A stretch of 64,000 nucleotides of DNA, from contig OX597817.1 in the NCBI GenBank assembly GCA_951406725.2, positions 159,278,001 to 159,342,000 on the forward strand. Reading direction: 5' to 3'. This stretch comes from Octopus vulgaris (taxonomy: Eukaryota). A program made the position numbers and the translations under genes. How positions within the stretch are numbered: the first letter of the stretch is position 1; the number at the start of each line of letters is the position of its first letter. Shown one piece after another: positions 25,573 to 39,699 of this stretch. The notes under the pieces are model-generated. The model did not search any database. It saw only the letters and a program-made list of their open reading frames with translations, and was not told the DNA's origin.

Positions 25573-26123
25573 CTTTTCTACTCTAGGTACAAGGCCCGAA
25601 AATTTTTGAGTAGGGGGCCAGTCGATTATATCGACCCCAGTGCGTAACTGGTACTTATTTAATCGACCCCGAAAGGATGAAAAGCAAAGTCGACCTCGGC
25701 GGAATTTGAATCCAGAACGTAGCGGCAGACGAAATACCTATTTCTTTACTACCCACAAAGGGGCTAAACACAGAGAGGACAAACAAGGACAGACAAATGG
25801 ATTAAGTCGATTATATCGACCCCAGTGCGTAACTGGTACTTATTTAATCGACCCCGAAAGGATGAAAAGCAAAGTTGACCTCGGCGGAATTTGAACTCAG
25901 AGCATAACGGCAGACAAAATACCTATTTCCTTTCTATCCACAGGGGCTAAACACAGAGAGGACAAACAAGGACAGACAAACGGATTAAATCGATTATATC
26001 GACCCCGAAAGGATGAAAGGCAAAGTCGACCTCGGCGGAATTTGAACTCAGAACGTAACGGCAGACGAAATACCGCTAAGTATTTCGCCCGGCGTGCTAA
26101 CGTTTCTGCCAGCTCGCCGCCTT
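25573..26123 (-). mobile_element. SINE B head-to-tail trimer inserted as one unit
   Basis: One head and three bodies; 16-bp TSD agcaa(c/t)tggaa(t/a)tatt at 25557-25572 and 26124-26139. Confidence 0.85.
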
Positions 26124-26164
26124 AGCAATTGGAAATATTACCCACGAAATGGTAAACAACAGGT

Positions 26165-26709
26165 CAGAGGTGTAGCCTAGTTCTAAAATCAGTGGAAGCG
26201 AGTAATTAAAAAAATAAAAGGCTCCATGACACAAACCAAACAGTTTTTAACTCATTTCTCTTATATTACGCGTACTAATTCATTAGTTATAATATACGAT
26301 AATTGTAGTCTACATTCATTTATTCCATGTTTCAGTAACGATGTCGTAATGTATGAAACTTTCAACTACTGGTATAGCGTGTGGCGTGAAAAAGATGAAA
26401 CTCCATGGGATAGTCCTGTGTCGAGAGGTTATGACGTGAAGGTTACTTCTGGTTCTTCAGATGTCAGCAGCCACCAGTACATCACAGGAGAATCAACAGA
26501 CAGTTCAAAAACACGGAAGATTGGTCAAAGAAAGTAATGACTCCAGAAAGTTCTTCCAAGACCATGCGATTAACGAAAGAAAAAAAGAAGAATAATGATT
26601 CGACTTTTATCGCACAAGCGAATTAAATTTTTGAAAATTTCGCCAATTTCGAAAATTGTGCTCGGCGGGAACGATCGCTCCCCTTGCTCTCTTGTTAGCT
26701 ACGCCACTG
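26165..26709. mobile_element. hAT-like MITE
   Basis: Imperfect TIR cagaggtgtagc / cagtggcgtagc; flanking duplication acaacagg(t/c). Confidence 0.55.
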
Positions 26710-26919
26710 ACAACAGGCGACGATATTCAAAACGTATTCAAACTATATGCAATGGATGGTAATTGGGCATTCTTTCGATATAACTCGACAAAATCAAAAC
26801 TCTTCACTTCGGGTATTTCCGTGGAAGCAAATGACAGTTCGATTCTGTTTTCTGCTTGGAAATTTGCATATTTTACCTGCATGAAACAGGTAAAAACAAA
26901 TATGCAAGGCTTTTTTTCT

Positions 26920-27205
26920 TCAAGTTCAAAAAAGAAACATTGCTGGCCTAATTTCGTTATATCTATACTCCACAACCCATGGAAATACCAGAAGTGAAAT
27001 GTCTTTACCTTGTCGAGCTATATCGAAGGAATGCTGATAATGGATATGCCCCTGCACAAGATCTCTGCGATCTCTACTGATGGGGCACAATCGGTGATTG
27101 GTTGTATCAAAGTGTTTATTGCCCTCCGCAGAAAAGATGAATCCCTTCCGAACTTTGTATCATTCCACCGTGATATCCATCAATAAGTTTTGTGTGTTAA
27201 AATAC
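26920..27205 (+). pseudogene. hAT (Buster/Charlie-like) transposase fragment
   Basis: MDMPLHKISAISTDGAQSVIGCIKVFIALRRKDESLPNFVSFHRDIHQ*VLCVKIL resembles the TDGA..M.G and HCxxHQ motifs of hAT transposases. Confidence 0.65.
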
Positions 27206-27407
27206 TTGTAACTGGGCAGTGTGGATGAGATAAGAATGTCCGGTTTTCATTAAATATAAAAATGATGTGTTGAAAAGTTGTTGAAGAATGAATAAGATGA
27301 CATAACAATATGCTCTCAAATAAATATAAATATTAATTTTACTTAACGCTATCAAAAAACTGCTAAAATTAGATAGAAAGCAATTCAGTCCGAATGACTT
27401 AAAGACG

Positions 27408-27459
<52 letters not shown>

Positions 27460-27460
27460 T

Positions 27461-27820
27461 TATATTATATAAAATCCGTTCTGTCTGTCTGTGTGTCTTC
27501 TAGGATCTCGGGCATCCTTCATCCGATTCCTCTCAAATTTGATATGTAGATACCGACAGTATCAGGGCGTGTATAAGTCTTGAAAAAATTACAAAAATCG
27601 ATTCCAGGTGAGATGAGATCGATAAAGCCATGGGAACGTGCATTTGTACGCGCAAGTACATCAGCTGTTGCGATCGATATCTTTATTTCTTCTTTTGCTG
27701 GTGTCTCAAATTTAGGTTAAATCGGTGTTTCTATGGGACTGTCGGACAAGTTGTTTTGAGAAAATTTGGGTTAAATGTTTGACAACTCAACACCGTCCAT
27801 TGGACGGGGAGCGTTTTGCT
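27461..27820 (+). mobile_element. Probable Helitron-like non-autonomous element, 5' part
   Basis: tatattatataaaa..(tctg)n start like those at 9133 and 36240; no 3' hairpin or CTAG located. Confidence 0.35.
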
Positions 27821-28335
27821 CGTATATATATATCAGTCTATTGAGTGAGACAAGTAAAATATAAGATAATGTGTGTAAAGGAAAGACTGAGATTTATGCA
27901 AACAAATGACATTGATAATTTTGACAATCACTTTGCGTAACTTTCATGACGCTTTTAATGTGCATGTGTTTGTATGTACTTAAGGTGTCTATATGCATGT
28001 GTCCTTGTTATAAATGTTTTGTTTATGAGACCGTATGCATGTGTGAGTGGGTGCTTGTGTGTACGTTTTCCCATGTACGTGTGAGTCGCATTTGCGCACG
28101 GATTATTTTTGCTTTCGCCTGACGATCAGTAATGGCGGTCCGTTTTTTACGCGTTGATTTTTTATAAGAGAAAAGATTTCTTGATTTTGAGGTTTCTCAG
28201 ACTCTGAAATGCTGAAAATTATTTTAGACAAAGGAACTTGTATGTAAAATGAAATTAGTCGAAACAACTTCATTTTTAATATTCCGACATACACACATAC
28301 ACCCATATTCCTATAACTTGAGTTGAAATTCTATA

Positions 28336-28605
28336 CTCTTTTACTTGTTTCAGTCATGTAACTTGGCCACATTGGAGCACCGCCTTTAGTCTAGCAAATC
28401 GACCCCAGGACATATTCTTTGTAAGCCTAGTACTTATTCTATCGGTCTCTTTTGCCGAACCGCTAAGTTACGGGGACGTAAACACACCAACATCAGGTGT
28501 GTTGGGGGGACAAACACAGACGCACGAACGTGCACATACACACACACACACACACACAGACAGACATATATATATATATACAACGAGCTTCTTTCAGTTT
28601 CTGTA
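28336..28605 (-). mobile_element. SINE family A, 3' part
   Basis: Reverse-complement consensus match. Confidence 0.85.
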
Positions 28606-29709
28606 TATTAAAGGTTTACAGGTTAATATTGTGCTTTAGTTTTGTATTATAAGTGTAATGTTCTCATTTAAAATTTTTTCTCTACAGATTTTCTATAGAA
28701 TTCAGAGCCAGTACCGAAACTTACGATGTTTCGTATACGAATATGTTGAGAGACCATCAACTGCGACCACTGACACGAACCGCCAGTGAGTGGATGAAAT
28801 GATTTGCACAGAAAGACAAGTCAGAATCTGTGAGTTTGCTGCACACCTGGACTGTGGTTACTATGCATTAAAGATAATGGAAGACTTTGAGTATGGGAAA
28901 GTGTGTGCGAAGTGAGTACCTCAGTTTGTTGACAACTGATTTGAAGTTGACAATGATGAAAGTCTGTTCTGATCTGCTAGAAACGTTTGAAGCCTATGAA
29001 AACAGACATTTTTTCCCCACAGGTAACCGGATGGAATGTGAACGCAACTTTGGTCTGTCTGGAAGTGTCATTTCTACTTGATACTGGTGTAAAGCAAAAG
29101 TGTCGTGTAAAAGCTGCGCGTAAAAGCGATTAACAATACTCACAAACAATTAACAGACGTTTTATTTACTGCATGTGGTGTTTTTTTGTGTTGGTCTTTG
29201 GTTGAAAAATAACAGTGACAGTTGCGTGCCAGGAGACACATACGAGTGGTGTCTACAACAATCTAATTGCTATATATGTCAATCTGTGGTTGGCCCATCG
29301 CAACTGGAAAATAATCGTGCTATGTTCATGATGACCAAATCTGTCTCTTCTAACTGCAATGAAAATGGAGACGTCAAGCGGTGGCCTCAGCATTCTGGTT
29401 TTATCGCCAAAAACCAACTTTATATAGAGTTCAATGAGATAGTTCACATGAAACTACTGTGGCTTAGCTGTGATGTCTACTCAGCTGTCCAGCGATTCAG
29501 TATTGAATCTGCTACAAGTCCATGGAGAAGTGTCACACCTCATCTCCAAGGCCTGAGAGGTTCAAGAGCCAGCAAGCAGACCAGAAAATCATGGTGACTA
29601 ACTTCTGAGATGACAAGGGCTTCATTGACCTTGATTTTCTGAAATGTAACTCTACTAATGACACTGGGAATCGAAATCTGAATCAAAACTAGAGTCAGCA
29701 AAGGCAAAT

Positions 29710-30570
29710 GAATTGAGAGGATGCGACATTTCTTTTTTGAATTGGTTGTGGACCCCTGCACTTTGCTGGGTCCAGACCATCAACATCATTGCTGCTCTCC
29801 TACCTGCTTTACGTGCATCTACAGATCAGATTCCATACACTCTCACTTTCTACCAGGCCACTGAAACACAAACTTATCTGTAGCCTTTGAATCTTTCTTA
29901 CACCACTTTACTTGCCGTCAAAAAAAGTTTGAGACATTGGTAACCTTCTGGTTAGAAACTCCATACTGCTCTGTTTCACACAACCATGCACTTTTAAGCA
30001 TGCCTGGTTGTATGTTGCTCCTACACTAACAACACTACAACTGCCACTGGGCCTATGTTACAATCCCACATTACCTATAACTTCTGTTGCACATCTTCCA
30101 ACTTTACTGCATCATCTTCAATTTTGTGATGCTCATTATTTTGATGCGAACGAAGTCTTTTGTTGAGCAGTTTCGGGAGCCCATTACTAGTATCTAACCT
30201 GCCACAATCCACTTCAACAGAACATTGCTCATTAGTCTGCAGTATCTCTGCATATTCAAAGAAGTGGAAGGAACATTGCTTTATACTTGAACCTGGACAT
30301 ATGTTACTGATGGGTTTAAATGTATGTTAGTCTTTCTTATCGTTCAGCTCCACTCTCACTTCTTTTTTCCCTTCATTTCACCTTCACCAGATTCTCCTCT
30401 TTTCATTTCTTTTTTCTACTGCTTCCCTGTCTATGCATGTAGCCCACTTTGTCTTGTGTTCCTCATCAGTTGCAGCCAGATTTCCCTCCTAATAGTTTTA
30501 TGCTGAAGAAGGACTCTGTTCAAAGTACTGAATATTGTACTCCCCGTGGCATTTTCTTTCTGTAAAAAAA
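29710..30570 (+). mobile_element. Decayed Penelope-like (Neptune-type) element 3' end: thumb/linker, GIY-YIG remnant, pLTR
   Basis: Frameshifted STDQIPYTLTF, NLLVRNS, Cys-rich linker, CTSSN..YCI, EQFRE, HFN, DGFK/GLN; pyrimidine-rich 3' UTR; CTGAAGA-A-GGAC-TCT-GTTC hammerhead relic at ~30503-30522. Confidence 0.6.
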
Positions 30571-30768
30571 ACCCTCAAGCTCATAGAAATAATGAGACAC
30601 AGACAAATAAGCAGGGACTAGGAATAGGCCCATTGGAGTGGGGGCGGTGTCAAGGAGGGACATGGTAATTCAGGATGTCAGAGAAGAGGATGCCAAGAGA
30701 ATCCAGAAAGCAGTCCATTAGGGACTATATACATACATACATACATACATATGCATACATATATATAC

Positions 30769-31494
<726 letters not shown>

Positions 31495-31539
31495 ATATAT
31501 ATATATATATATACCAATATGATTACAACATCCTGTTGA

Positions 31540-32620
31540 AGAAACTATCCAACATTGGAGTCTGAGGAAAACTTTTAAAGTGGATTGAGTGTTTCCTGGT
31601 GAATAGAAACCCAACATATAATGACTTATGGTGTTTGATCAAGATCGGCAAGGAGTTTCACAGGCACTGTATTGGGCGAATCCTCTTCATTATTTACACT
31701 AATGATATCTTCATCAAACACAGCAGCACAGAATTTTTGTGGATGACTCAAAGCTTTTGAAGGTTGCCTGCAGGGTAGGGGACCAGACAATCAGACCTGC
31801 TCACTGTTCTCCAAGGGGTGGAAAATACAATATGCAGCTAAACATCTGAAAATTTGAATTCACTCCAGTAAAGAGCCTGCACTTAAGCTACCATATGCTT
31901 TTCCTTCAAGCAAAATGTAAGTGGTATGAAACACCACAAGGGACCTTAGAGTAACTGCTGACAACAATTTAACCTGGAGTGCCCACATGAACAGCAAAGT
32001 GACCTGGCCTGTTGGGTGTGCTTCTGGATCGCTGACTTTCTAGTTCAAAGGTACTCCTACTTCTCTTCTCTATATCTGCCATCCTCAGCTTCAGTAGTTG
32101 TCTGCTGTGATCTTTTATAAAAGTTGAAGCACCCTAGAAATTAATCACACAATATCATAGCCAGTCTTGATTACTGGGACCAGCTTCAGAAACTAATTTC
32201 TCTCCAACATTATCATGAGCACTATCTCATTTGTGGGATGTGGAAAATATTCCATCAACATTGTACAAATGATGTGGGCATCAACTTTAAAATTCACCCG
32301 AGGCTTGGTCCTTGTGCCAACTATCTGCTGCAAAAATCATATTTGCATGACATCACAACACTGAGCCAGAACTATTTCACTTTAACAGACCCTGCTGTCT
32401 TTAACATCATGCTAGGATACACAAGGGAAGAAAAGATCTCATGGTATTGAAATGGTCCCTGGATGGATACTGCCAAAAAGTTCCAGATAAATCAGCTATA
32501 CCCTGACATATCTCTAGAAATAATAATTCTTTACACAAATGGCTTTGTACCAAAAGTATAACTGTAATATGAAACATTGTTAAAAGTCTGTTTCAGATGG
32601 TGCTATTAAGTTAGTCATGG
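31540..32620 (+). mobile_element. Decayed CR1/L2-like LINE RT 3' portion
   Basis: KWIECFLVNR, GVSQ(G)TVLG(P)ILFIIYTNDI (31652-31710), FVDDSKL, RDL..T.DNNLTWSAH. Confidence 0.7.
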
Positions 32621-33033
32621 CCTGAGCCAATTCTGGTCAAAATTTATTGAAGTATCTAAGGATATATATATGTAAATACACACACAGACATATATTTATA
32701 CATATGTATATATATATTCATATACATACATTACATACCTAATATATATATATACATATTTTCCAACCACATGGTTCAAGGTTCAGTCCTCTGTGCAGCA
32801 ACTTAGACAAATGTCCTCTACTATAGCCTTGGGCAAGCCAAAACCTTGTGAGTGAATTTGGTAGATGGCTGCAACAACCTCGCTTGAATGTCTTTTTCAT
32901 GTCCCACCGACACAAGTGCCAGTAAGGCAATGCTGGTAACAATCACGCTCGAATGATGCTTTTTATGTGCCACCAGCACAAAAGCCAGTTAGCTGTATCA
33001 AATTCGATGACTGGCATCCATGCTAGTGGTGCC

Positions 33034-33072
<39 letters not shown>

Positions 33073-33102
33073 GAAATATATCAAAGTAACATGTCAAACC
33101 TT

Positions 33103-33149
<47 letters not shown>

Positions 33150-33157
<8 letters not shown>

Positions 33158-33609
33158 CTGGCATCTGTGCTAGTGGAGTACCATATGAGTGAGATTGGGG
33201 CCAGAGCAACAAGCTGACCTCTGTGCTGAATGCACGTTAAAAACACCATTCGAGTATGATAGTTACCTGCGTCACCTTACTAGCACTTGTGCTGGTGGCA
33301 TGTGAAAAAACATTCGAGCAAGGTTATTGCCAGTGCCGCTGGACTGGCTCCTGTGCAGGTGGCACATAAAAAGCACCATTTGAGCATGACCGTTGCCATT
33401 ATTGCCTGACTGGCCCTCGTACCGGTGGCACGTAAAAGCACTCACTACACTCTCGGAGTGGTTGGCGTTAAGAAGGGTGTCCAGCTATAGAAACTCCGCC
33501 AGATCAAAATTGGAGCCTGGTGCAGCCATCTGGTTCACCAGTCCTCAGTCAAATCGTCTAACCCATGCTAGCATGGAAAGCAGATGTTAAACAATGATGA
33601 TGATGATGA

Positions 33610-33610
<1 letters not shown>
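33150..33610 (+). mobile_element. RTE-type 3' UTR or SINE tail ending in (ATG)n
   Basis: ggtggcacgtaaaagca repeats, gagtggttggcgtta.gaaggg..tccagc, aacccatgctagcatggaaa..(atg)n; related copies at 34600-34806, 37407-37600, 38145-38380 and 44625-44680. Confidence 0.75.
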
Positions 33611-33651
<41 letters not shown>

Positions 33652-34117
33652 ATTCATACACAATTATGAAAGAACAACTAATAGTTTCATGCTTTTACAC
33701 TACTTTAAATTGGCAGATTTATAAAACATGCTATGTATCACCAAGCAATCTTTCAGGCTCTGTTCTTAAGTTAGATGTATTTAAAAACCAGGATACTGGA
33801 CTATGAAAAAAATGAAACACAAATGTGAAAAAAAACCCCAAAAAAACAAAGGGAAGAAGGTTTATGCAAAATGTGAGATGAGAATAAAGGAAAGAAAAGT
33901 AAGAAAACCAAGATCTTTGCTTTCTTTGATTGTAGAAACCATAATTAATGTGGCTGGTGCAGAATAATATAAAAGAAAGGAGGTCAAAGTCTGTCAGACA
34001 GCTACTCAATCTGGATAGACAGACAGACAGACAGATAGATAGATAGATATGTAGATAGATATGTATGCATAAATATATGTACATCTAATATGTATACATA
34101 TAGTCATGAATAAAGAC

Positions 34118-34148
<31 letters not shown>

Positions 34149-34210
34149 TGCATGTGTGTGTGTGTATATTAATGTCTGCCTCCCATGCTAGTATGGGTGA
34201 TATATATATA

Positions 34211-34398
34211 TTCTCTCTCTCTTTTTTCTCTCGCATTTTACTTTCTCTCTCTGTTTATTTCTGTGTTCCTTTCTGTTGAAGAGCGTAAGCTCGAAACGTA
34301 AAAGACTTTCTCATTCCCTGAGCTTTAAACTAATACATCTGTTTGTTGTCTACACACCTGTCTTCGTTTTTTGTTTTTTTTTTTAATAACTTCCAACT
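34211..34398 (+). mobile_element. PLE pLTR-like mini-element with a hammerhead-like motif, flanked by (TA)n
   Basis: CTTT-CTGTTGA-A-GAGC-GTAA-GCTC-GAAAC-GTA-AAAG at 34269-34304. Confidence 0.7.
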
Positions 34399-34473
34399 AT
34401 ATATAAATATATATATATATCACCCATGCTAGCATGGGAGGCAGATATTAAATGATAATGAGGATGATAATGA

Positions 34474-34509
<36 letters not shown>

Positions 34510-35099
34510 ACACACACACACACATATATGCATGTATATACATGTGCATATATATATGTCATTATCATCACCATCCTGATCATTTAACATCTATGTTCTT
34601 GCCAGCTCTGTCTGGCACCTGTGCAGGTGGCACGTAAAAAGCACCCACTACACTCATGGAGTGGTTGGCGTTAGGAAGGGCATCCAGCCATAGAAACACA
34701 GCCAAATCTGACTGGGCCTGATGAAGCCTTCCGGCTTCACAGACCCCAGTTAAACCGTCCAACCCATGCCAGCATGGAGAACGGACCCTAAATGATGATG
34801 ATGATGTTCCATGCTGATATGGGTTGGAAAGTTTGACAGAATCCAAGATGTCCATGGGCTGCATCAAGCTCTAATGTCTGCTTTGACATGTTTTTACAGT
34901 TGGATGCCCTTCCTGGTGTCAACTGGGTGCTTTTTTGTGCCACCTGCAATACAGAGGTTGCCATGTAGTTCATAGGACTATGAGCCCTGGGAGGAGTTGG
35001 TGGGAGTAAGCTTCATGGTAGGGGGCGAGGGGAAATTACTATGAGAGAGAAGGGCAGAGCAGATTCCTACAGAGGGATCTGTATGGTTACTTACATATA

Positions 35100-35261
35100 G
35101 TGGCTGTGTGGTAAGTAGCTTGCTTCCCAACCACATGGTTCTGGGTTCAGTCCCACTGCGTGGCACCTTGGGCAAATGTCTTCTACTATAGCCTCGGGCC
35201 GACCAAAGCCTTGTGAGTGGATTTGGTAGACAGAAACCAAAAGAAGCCCGTCGTATATATG

Positions 35262-35332
<71 letters not shown>

Positions 35333-35545
35333 ATGTTTGTGTGTCTGTGTTTGTCCCCCTAGCATTGTTTGACAACCAATGCTGGTGTGTTTATGTCCCC
35401 GTCAATTAGCAGTTCGGCAAAAGAGACTGATAGAATAAGTACTGGGCTTACAAAGAAAAAGTCCAGGGGTCGAATTGCTCGACTAAAGGCGGTGCTCCAG
35501 CATGGCCACAGTCAACTGACTGAAACAAGTAAAAGAGTAAAGAGA
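35100..35545 (+). mobile_element. SINE family A
   Basis: Consensus match. Confidence 0.9.
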
Positions 35546-35832
35546 GTGTAGGCAAAGTGATGGGGGAGAGAAAGGGAAAATGATGAGAAGATGCTGCAAG
35601 ACATAGATAACGCCAGTAACGTGTACAGGTGACTTGCACAAGGCACCAGCCGAATCGAAGTGAGTGGATGTGTGGGGGAGGTGGTGGTTTGCAAGATTGT
35701 ATAGGAAGGTTATCATCATCATCATCATTTAACATCTGTTTTCCATTCTGGTAAGGTTTTTATGGCTTGACAGAAGCTGGCAAGACCAGGGGCCACACCA
35801 AATATACACACACATACATATTTATCTACTTA

Positions 35833-36240
35833 CTAGCAGCATAGCCCGGCGTTGCCCGGGTATGTAAGAGCCCCTATTAGGCAACAACTAATCCCAATCT
35901 AGTTCTTTCCCTCTAGGTAACGAAGGCGCATGTGTAGGTTGCAATGTCTTCTCTTCACTCGAATACTTCTATGTATACGATGTTCCTAGCTGTCTCCCGA
36001 CAGAAAATGTGTTGCATATAAAAAGCTTAGATTCTCGACCCCATGTCGAATTTATCGATTTTTTTCAGAACTGGGGGAACTTTTCAAAATTTTCGCTGCG
36101 TTAGTTTTGAATTATGACATTGGGCTATGTGTGTGTCAAGTTTCATCAGAATCGGTTGAAAGCCGTGGTCAGGGTGAGGGTACAACCTGACAGCCACAAA
36201 GACTCACAGACAGACAAACTGCCGTTTATATATATAGAGA
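35833..36240 (-). mobile_element. Non-autonomous Helitron-like element
   Basis: Minus strand starts TCTCTATATATATAAA and ends CCCGGGCAACGCCGGG-ctatgctg-CTAG|T. Confidence 0.75.
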
Positions 36241-36548
36241 TAGAGATATCACTGAATCCACCCAGAAGGCTATTGTAGGAGATACTTGGCTAAGGTGTCC
36301 CATACAGTGGAACTTAGTCTAAAGCCACAAGGTTAGGAAGTGACCTTCTTAACCACATATGCCTGGAGCTGTTCAAATATTTGTACAGACTTGACTATGA
36401 GGTGAGAAATTTCCTTTCCAACAACATGGTCTAGGGTTCAGTTCCACTGTGTGGCACCTTGGACAAGTGTCTTTTACAGCCCTGAGCTAACCAAATCATT
36501 ATGAGTGGATTTGTTAAACAAAAATTGAAAGAATCCCTTTATTCTTAC

Positions 36549-36600
<52 letters not shown>

Positions 36601-36923
36601 GTGTGAATGTGTGTGTGTGTGTGTGTGTATGCACTTGTTAATATCTCTTTGTCTTGAACCTGCATGACTGTTGTAAACTAATAGTACCTTTGTAAAATAA
36701 TATCAACAAGCACTATCCTTTATGTCCAATCTTCTGTAAAAACATGTCTGGTCATGGGAAAATATTGCCTTACTTGGAAACAGTAACAAGAAAAGCATTA
36801 GGTTACTGTAGAATATCTGCCACATGTGTGCGTGAGTGTGTGTGTGTTCATGTACATACACATATATATATATATTTATATGCACATATACTTACATATG
36901 TATATATAGATACAGGGTGCAGT

Positions 36924-36962
<39 letters not shown>

Positions 36963-37005
36963 TATATATATACATACATACATGTACATATTTATATATA
37001 TATAT

Positions 37006-37251
37006 ATATGCTTTATTTAAAGCAGCAGAAAATTCAACAAAACCTGTTACTCTGAGTTTCACGTTCCCGTTCGTCGGACAGTTTTTGCTAGCAGTTATTC
37101 TAGCAAAAACTGTCCGACGAACAGGAACGTGAAACTCAGAGTAACAGGTTTTGTTGAATTTTCTGCTGCTTTAAATAAAGCATATTACTCTACCACTGGT
37201 ATTTGAGTACTCTTTTTTCCACCTTATTTCACATTTATGTGTTTACTCCGG
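37006..37251. mobile_element. Fold-back element: 86-bp inverted repeat plus a 66-bp tail, with a hammerhead-like motif
   Basis: Arms 37006-37091 and 37100-37185 (1 mismatch, 8-nt spacer); CCGACGA-ACG-GGAA-CGT-GAAAC-TC motif; (TA)n flanks. Confidence 0.8.
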
Positions 37252-37406
37252 TATATATATATATACATATATATACAAACATCTGTGCATGTGTTGTGTA
37301 TGTGTACATATACATGCACATATATATTTATATGCACATATAGATACATACATATATGTGTACATATACATACATTTATATATATATATGTGTATATATA
37401 TATATA

Positions 37407-38090
37407 TCATCATCATCATCATTTAGTGTCTGCTTTCCATGCTGGCATGGGTTAGACAGTTTGACTGGTAAGCTGAAGAGCTGCACCAGGTTCCAATCTG
37501 ATTTGGCATAGTTTCTACAGCTGGGTGCTCTTCCAAACGCCAACCATTCCAAGAGTGTAATGGGTGCCTTCTACTGGCACAGGTGTTTTTATGTGTCACC
37601 AGTATGAGTGCCAGTAATGTGGCACTTGGTTTGATGAGTCTTTTCAAACACAGCATACTGCCAAAGGTTTCAGTCACATGTCAGCCCCTCTATGAGGCCC
37701 AACGTTCAAAGATCATGCTTCACCACCTTGTCTCATGTCTGCTTGGGTCTACCTCTTCCACAGGTTCCCTCTTTAGTTAGACGACAGCACTTGTTTGCAC
37801 AGTTTTCTTAGTCCATACACAGGACCATACCAGTGCAGTCATCTCTCTTGCACACCATATCTGATGCCTATTATACCCAACTTTTCTCTCAAGACATTTA
37901 CACATTGTCATACATGCACACTGACATTGCATATACCGCAAAGCATACTAGCTTCATTTCTTTCAAGACTATGCATGTCCTCTGTGGCCATAGCCCATGT
38001 TTCACTGCCTCTTCGCCCACAGGTATCATACAATCTGTCTTTTGCTCTGAGGGAGAGGTCCTCAGTTACCAACAAAGCTATAAGCTCTCA
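37407..38090 (-). mobile_element. RTE-clade LINE 3' end (RT C-terminus, 3' UTR, (ATG)n tail)
   Basis: Minus-strand translation gives KDRLYDTC, GSETWAM, LERNEASML, LREKLG, LHWYG, GTCGRGRPKQT. Confidence 0.8.
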
Positions 38091-38493
38091 TATATATATA
38101 TATATACACACACACACATATATATATAAATATACATATACATATCATCATCATCGTTTAACGTCCGTTTTCCGCGCTAGCACGGGTTGGACGGTTTCGA
38201 CCGGGGTCTGGGGAGCTCGGGACTGCCCCAGGCTCCAGTCTAGTCTGGCAGTGTTTCTACAGCTGGATGCCCTTCCTAACGCCAACCACTCCGCGAGTGT
38301 AGTGGGTGTTTTTTACGTGCCACCTGCACAGGTGCCAGAGGGGTCTGGCATCGGCCACGTTCGGATGGTGCTTTTTATGGGGGGGGGGGGTGCAGAAATA
38401 TAGGGGAGCACCAGTGGGAGGGGTGGTTCAGAGGACAGGTACTAGGCAAGTAGAACGTAGGATATCGAGAGAGGGGTAATGCATGGTGAAATA

Positions 38494-38532
<39 letters not shown>

Positions 38533-38534
38533 CA

Positions 38535-38714
38535 CACGCATATATATACATATATACGACAGGCTTCTTTCAGTTTCCGTCTACCAAATCCACTCACAAG
38601 GCATTGGTCGACCCAGAGCTATAGCGGAAGACACTTGCCCAAGATGCCACGCAGTGGGACTGAATCCGGAACCATGTGGTTGGTTAGCAAGCTACTTACC
38701 ACACAGCCATTCCT

Positions 38715-38718
<4 letters not shown>
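38535..38718 (-). mobile_element. SINE family A, 5' half
   Basis: Reverse-complement consensus match. Confidence 0.85.
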
Positions 38719-38786
<68 letters not shown>

Positions 38787-39233
38787 GTGTATATATATAT
38801 GTGTATATATATATATGTATATATATATATATGTATATGTATATATATATGTATATATATGTGTATATATATATATGTGTATATATATATATGTGTATAT
38901 ATATATATGTATATATATATGTATATATATATGTATATATATATATGTATATATATGTATATGTATATATATATATATGTATATATATATATGTATATAT
39001 ATATGTATATGTATATATATATATATGTATATATATATGTATATGTATATATATATGTATATGTATATATGTATGTATATATATACATATATATATACAT
39101 ATATGTATATATATATATGTATATATATATATATGTATATATGTATATATATATGTATGTATATATATATGTATATATATATATATATGTATATATGTAT
39201 ATATATATGTATGTATATATGTATATATATATG

Positions 39234-39281
<48 letters not shown>
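38719..39281. repeat. ~560-bp interrupted (TA)n/(TATG) satellite
   Basis: Direct reading; source of the long YIYI ORFs. Confidence 0.95.
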
Positions 39282-39282
<1 letters not shown>

Positions 39283-39285
<3 letters not shown>

Positions 39286-39640
39286 GTTTGGTAGATGAGT
39301 TCAGCAAAAATTTTGATTCAGATAAATATGGTTCTTAAGTTGAGGCACCAGAATTTAGTACGGTATTATCCATACAATTTCAAAGTAAGGTGATTAGAAT
39401 CAAAATAAGCAACAAGGATATCCAGAAGTAATGCAGTTCAATCGTTTCATGCAACCCCATTTAATTGAACAATGCAATCATTTCATCAATTTAAAATGCA
39501 GAGCAATCCTCAGTTGCACAAAGACATACAATTTAATTGAATTAGAACAGATGGACACATTAGTATAATTATACCTAAAATCTCCAAGAAGTTAAGGAGA
39601 TAGACAAAGAACATGCTGTCTTCACTTCAGCAAAACTGTT
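39283..39640 (-). mobile_element. Probable pLTR with a long-stem-II hammerhead relic, downstream of the PLE RT remnant
   Basis: CTGAGGA-TTGC..CATTT..ATTGA / TCAATTAAATG..GCAT-GAAACG at 39432-39518; 3' end abuts (TA)n. Confidence 0.4.
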
Positions 39641-39699
39641 ATACTACACTTTGACATTTTTTGATGTCATGGCATCTAAAGCAGCTGGAGATACAATAG

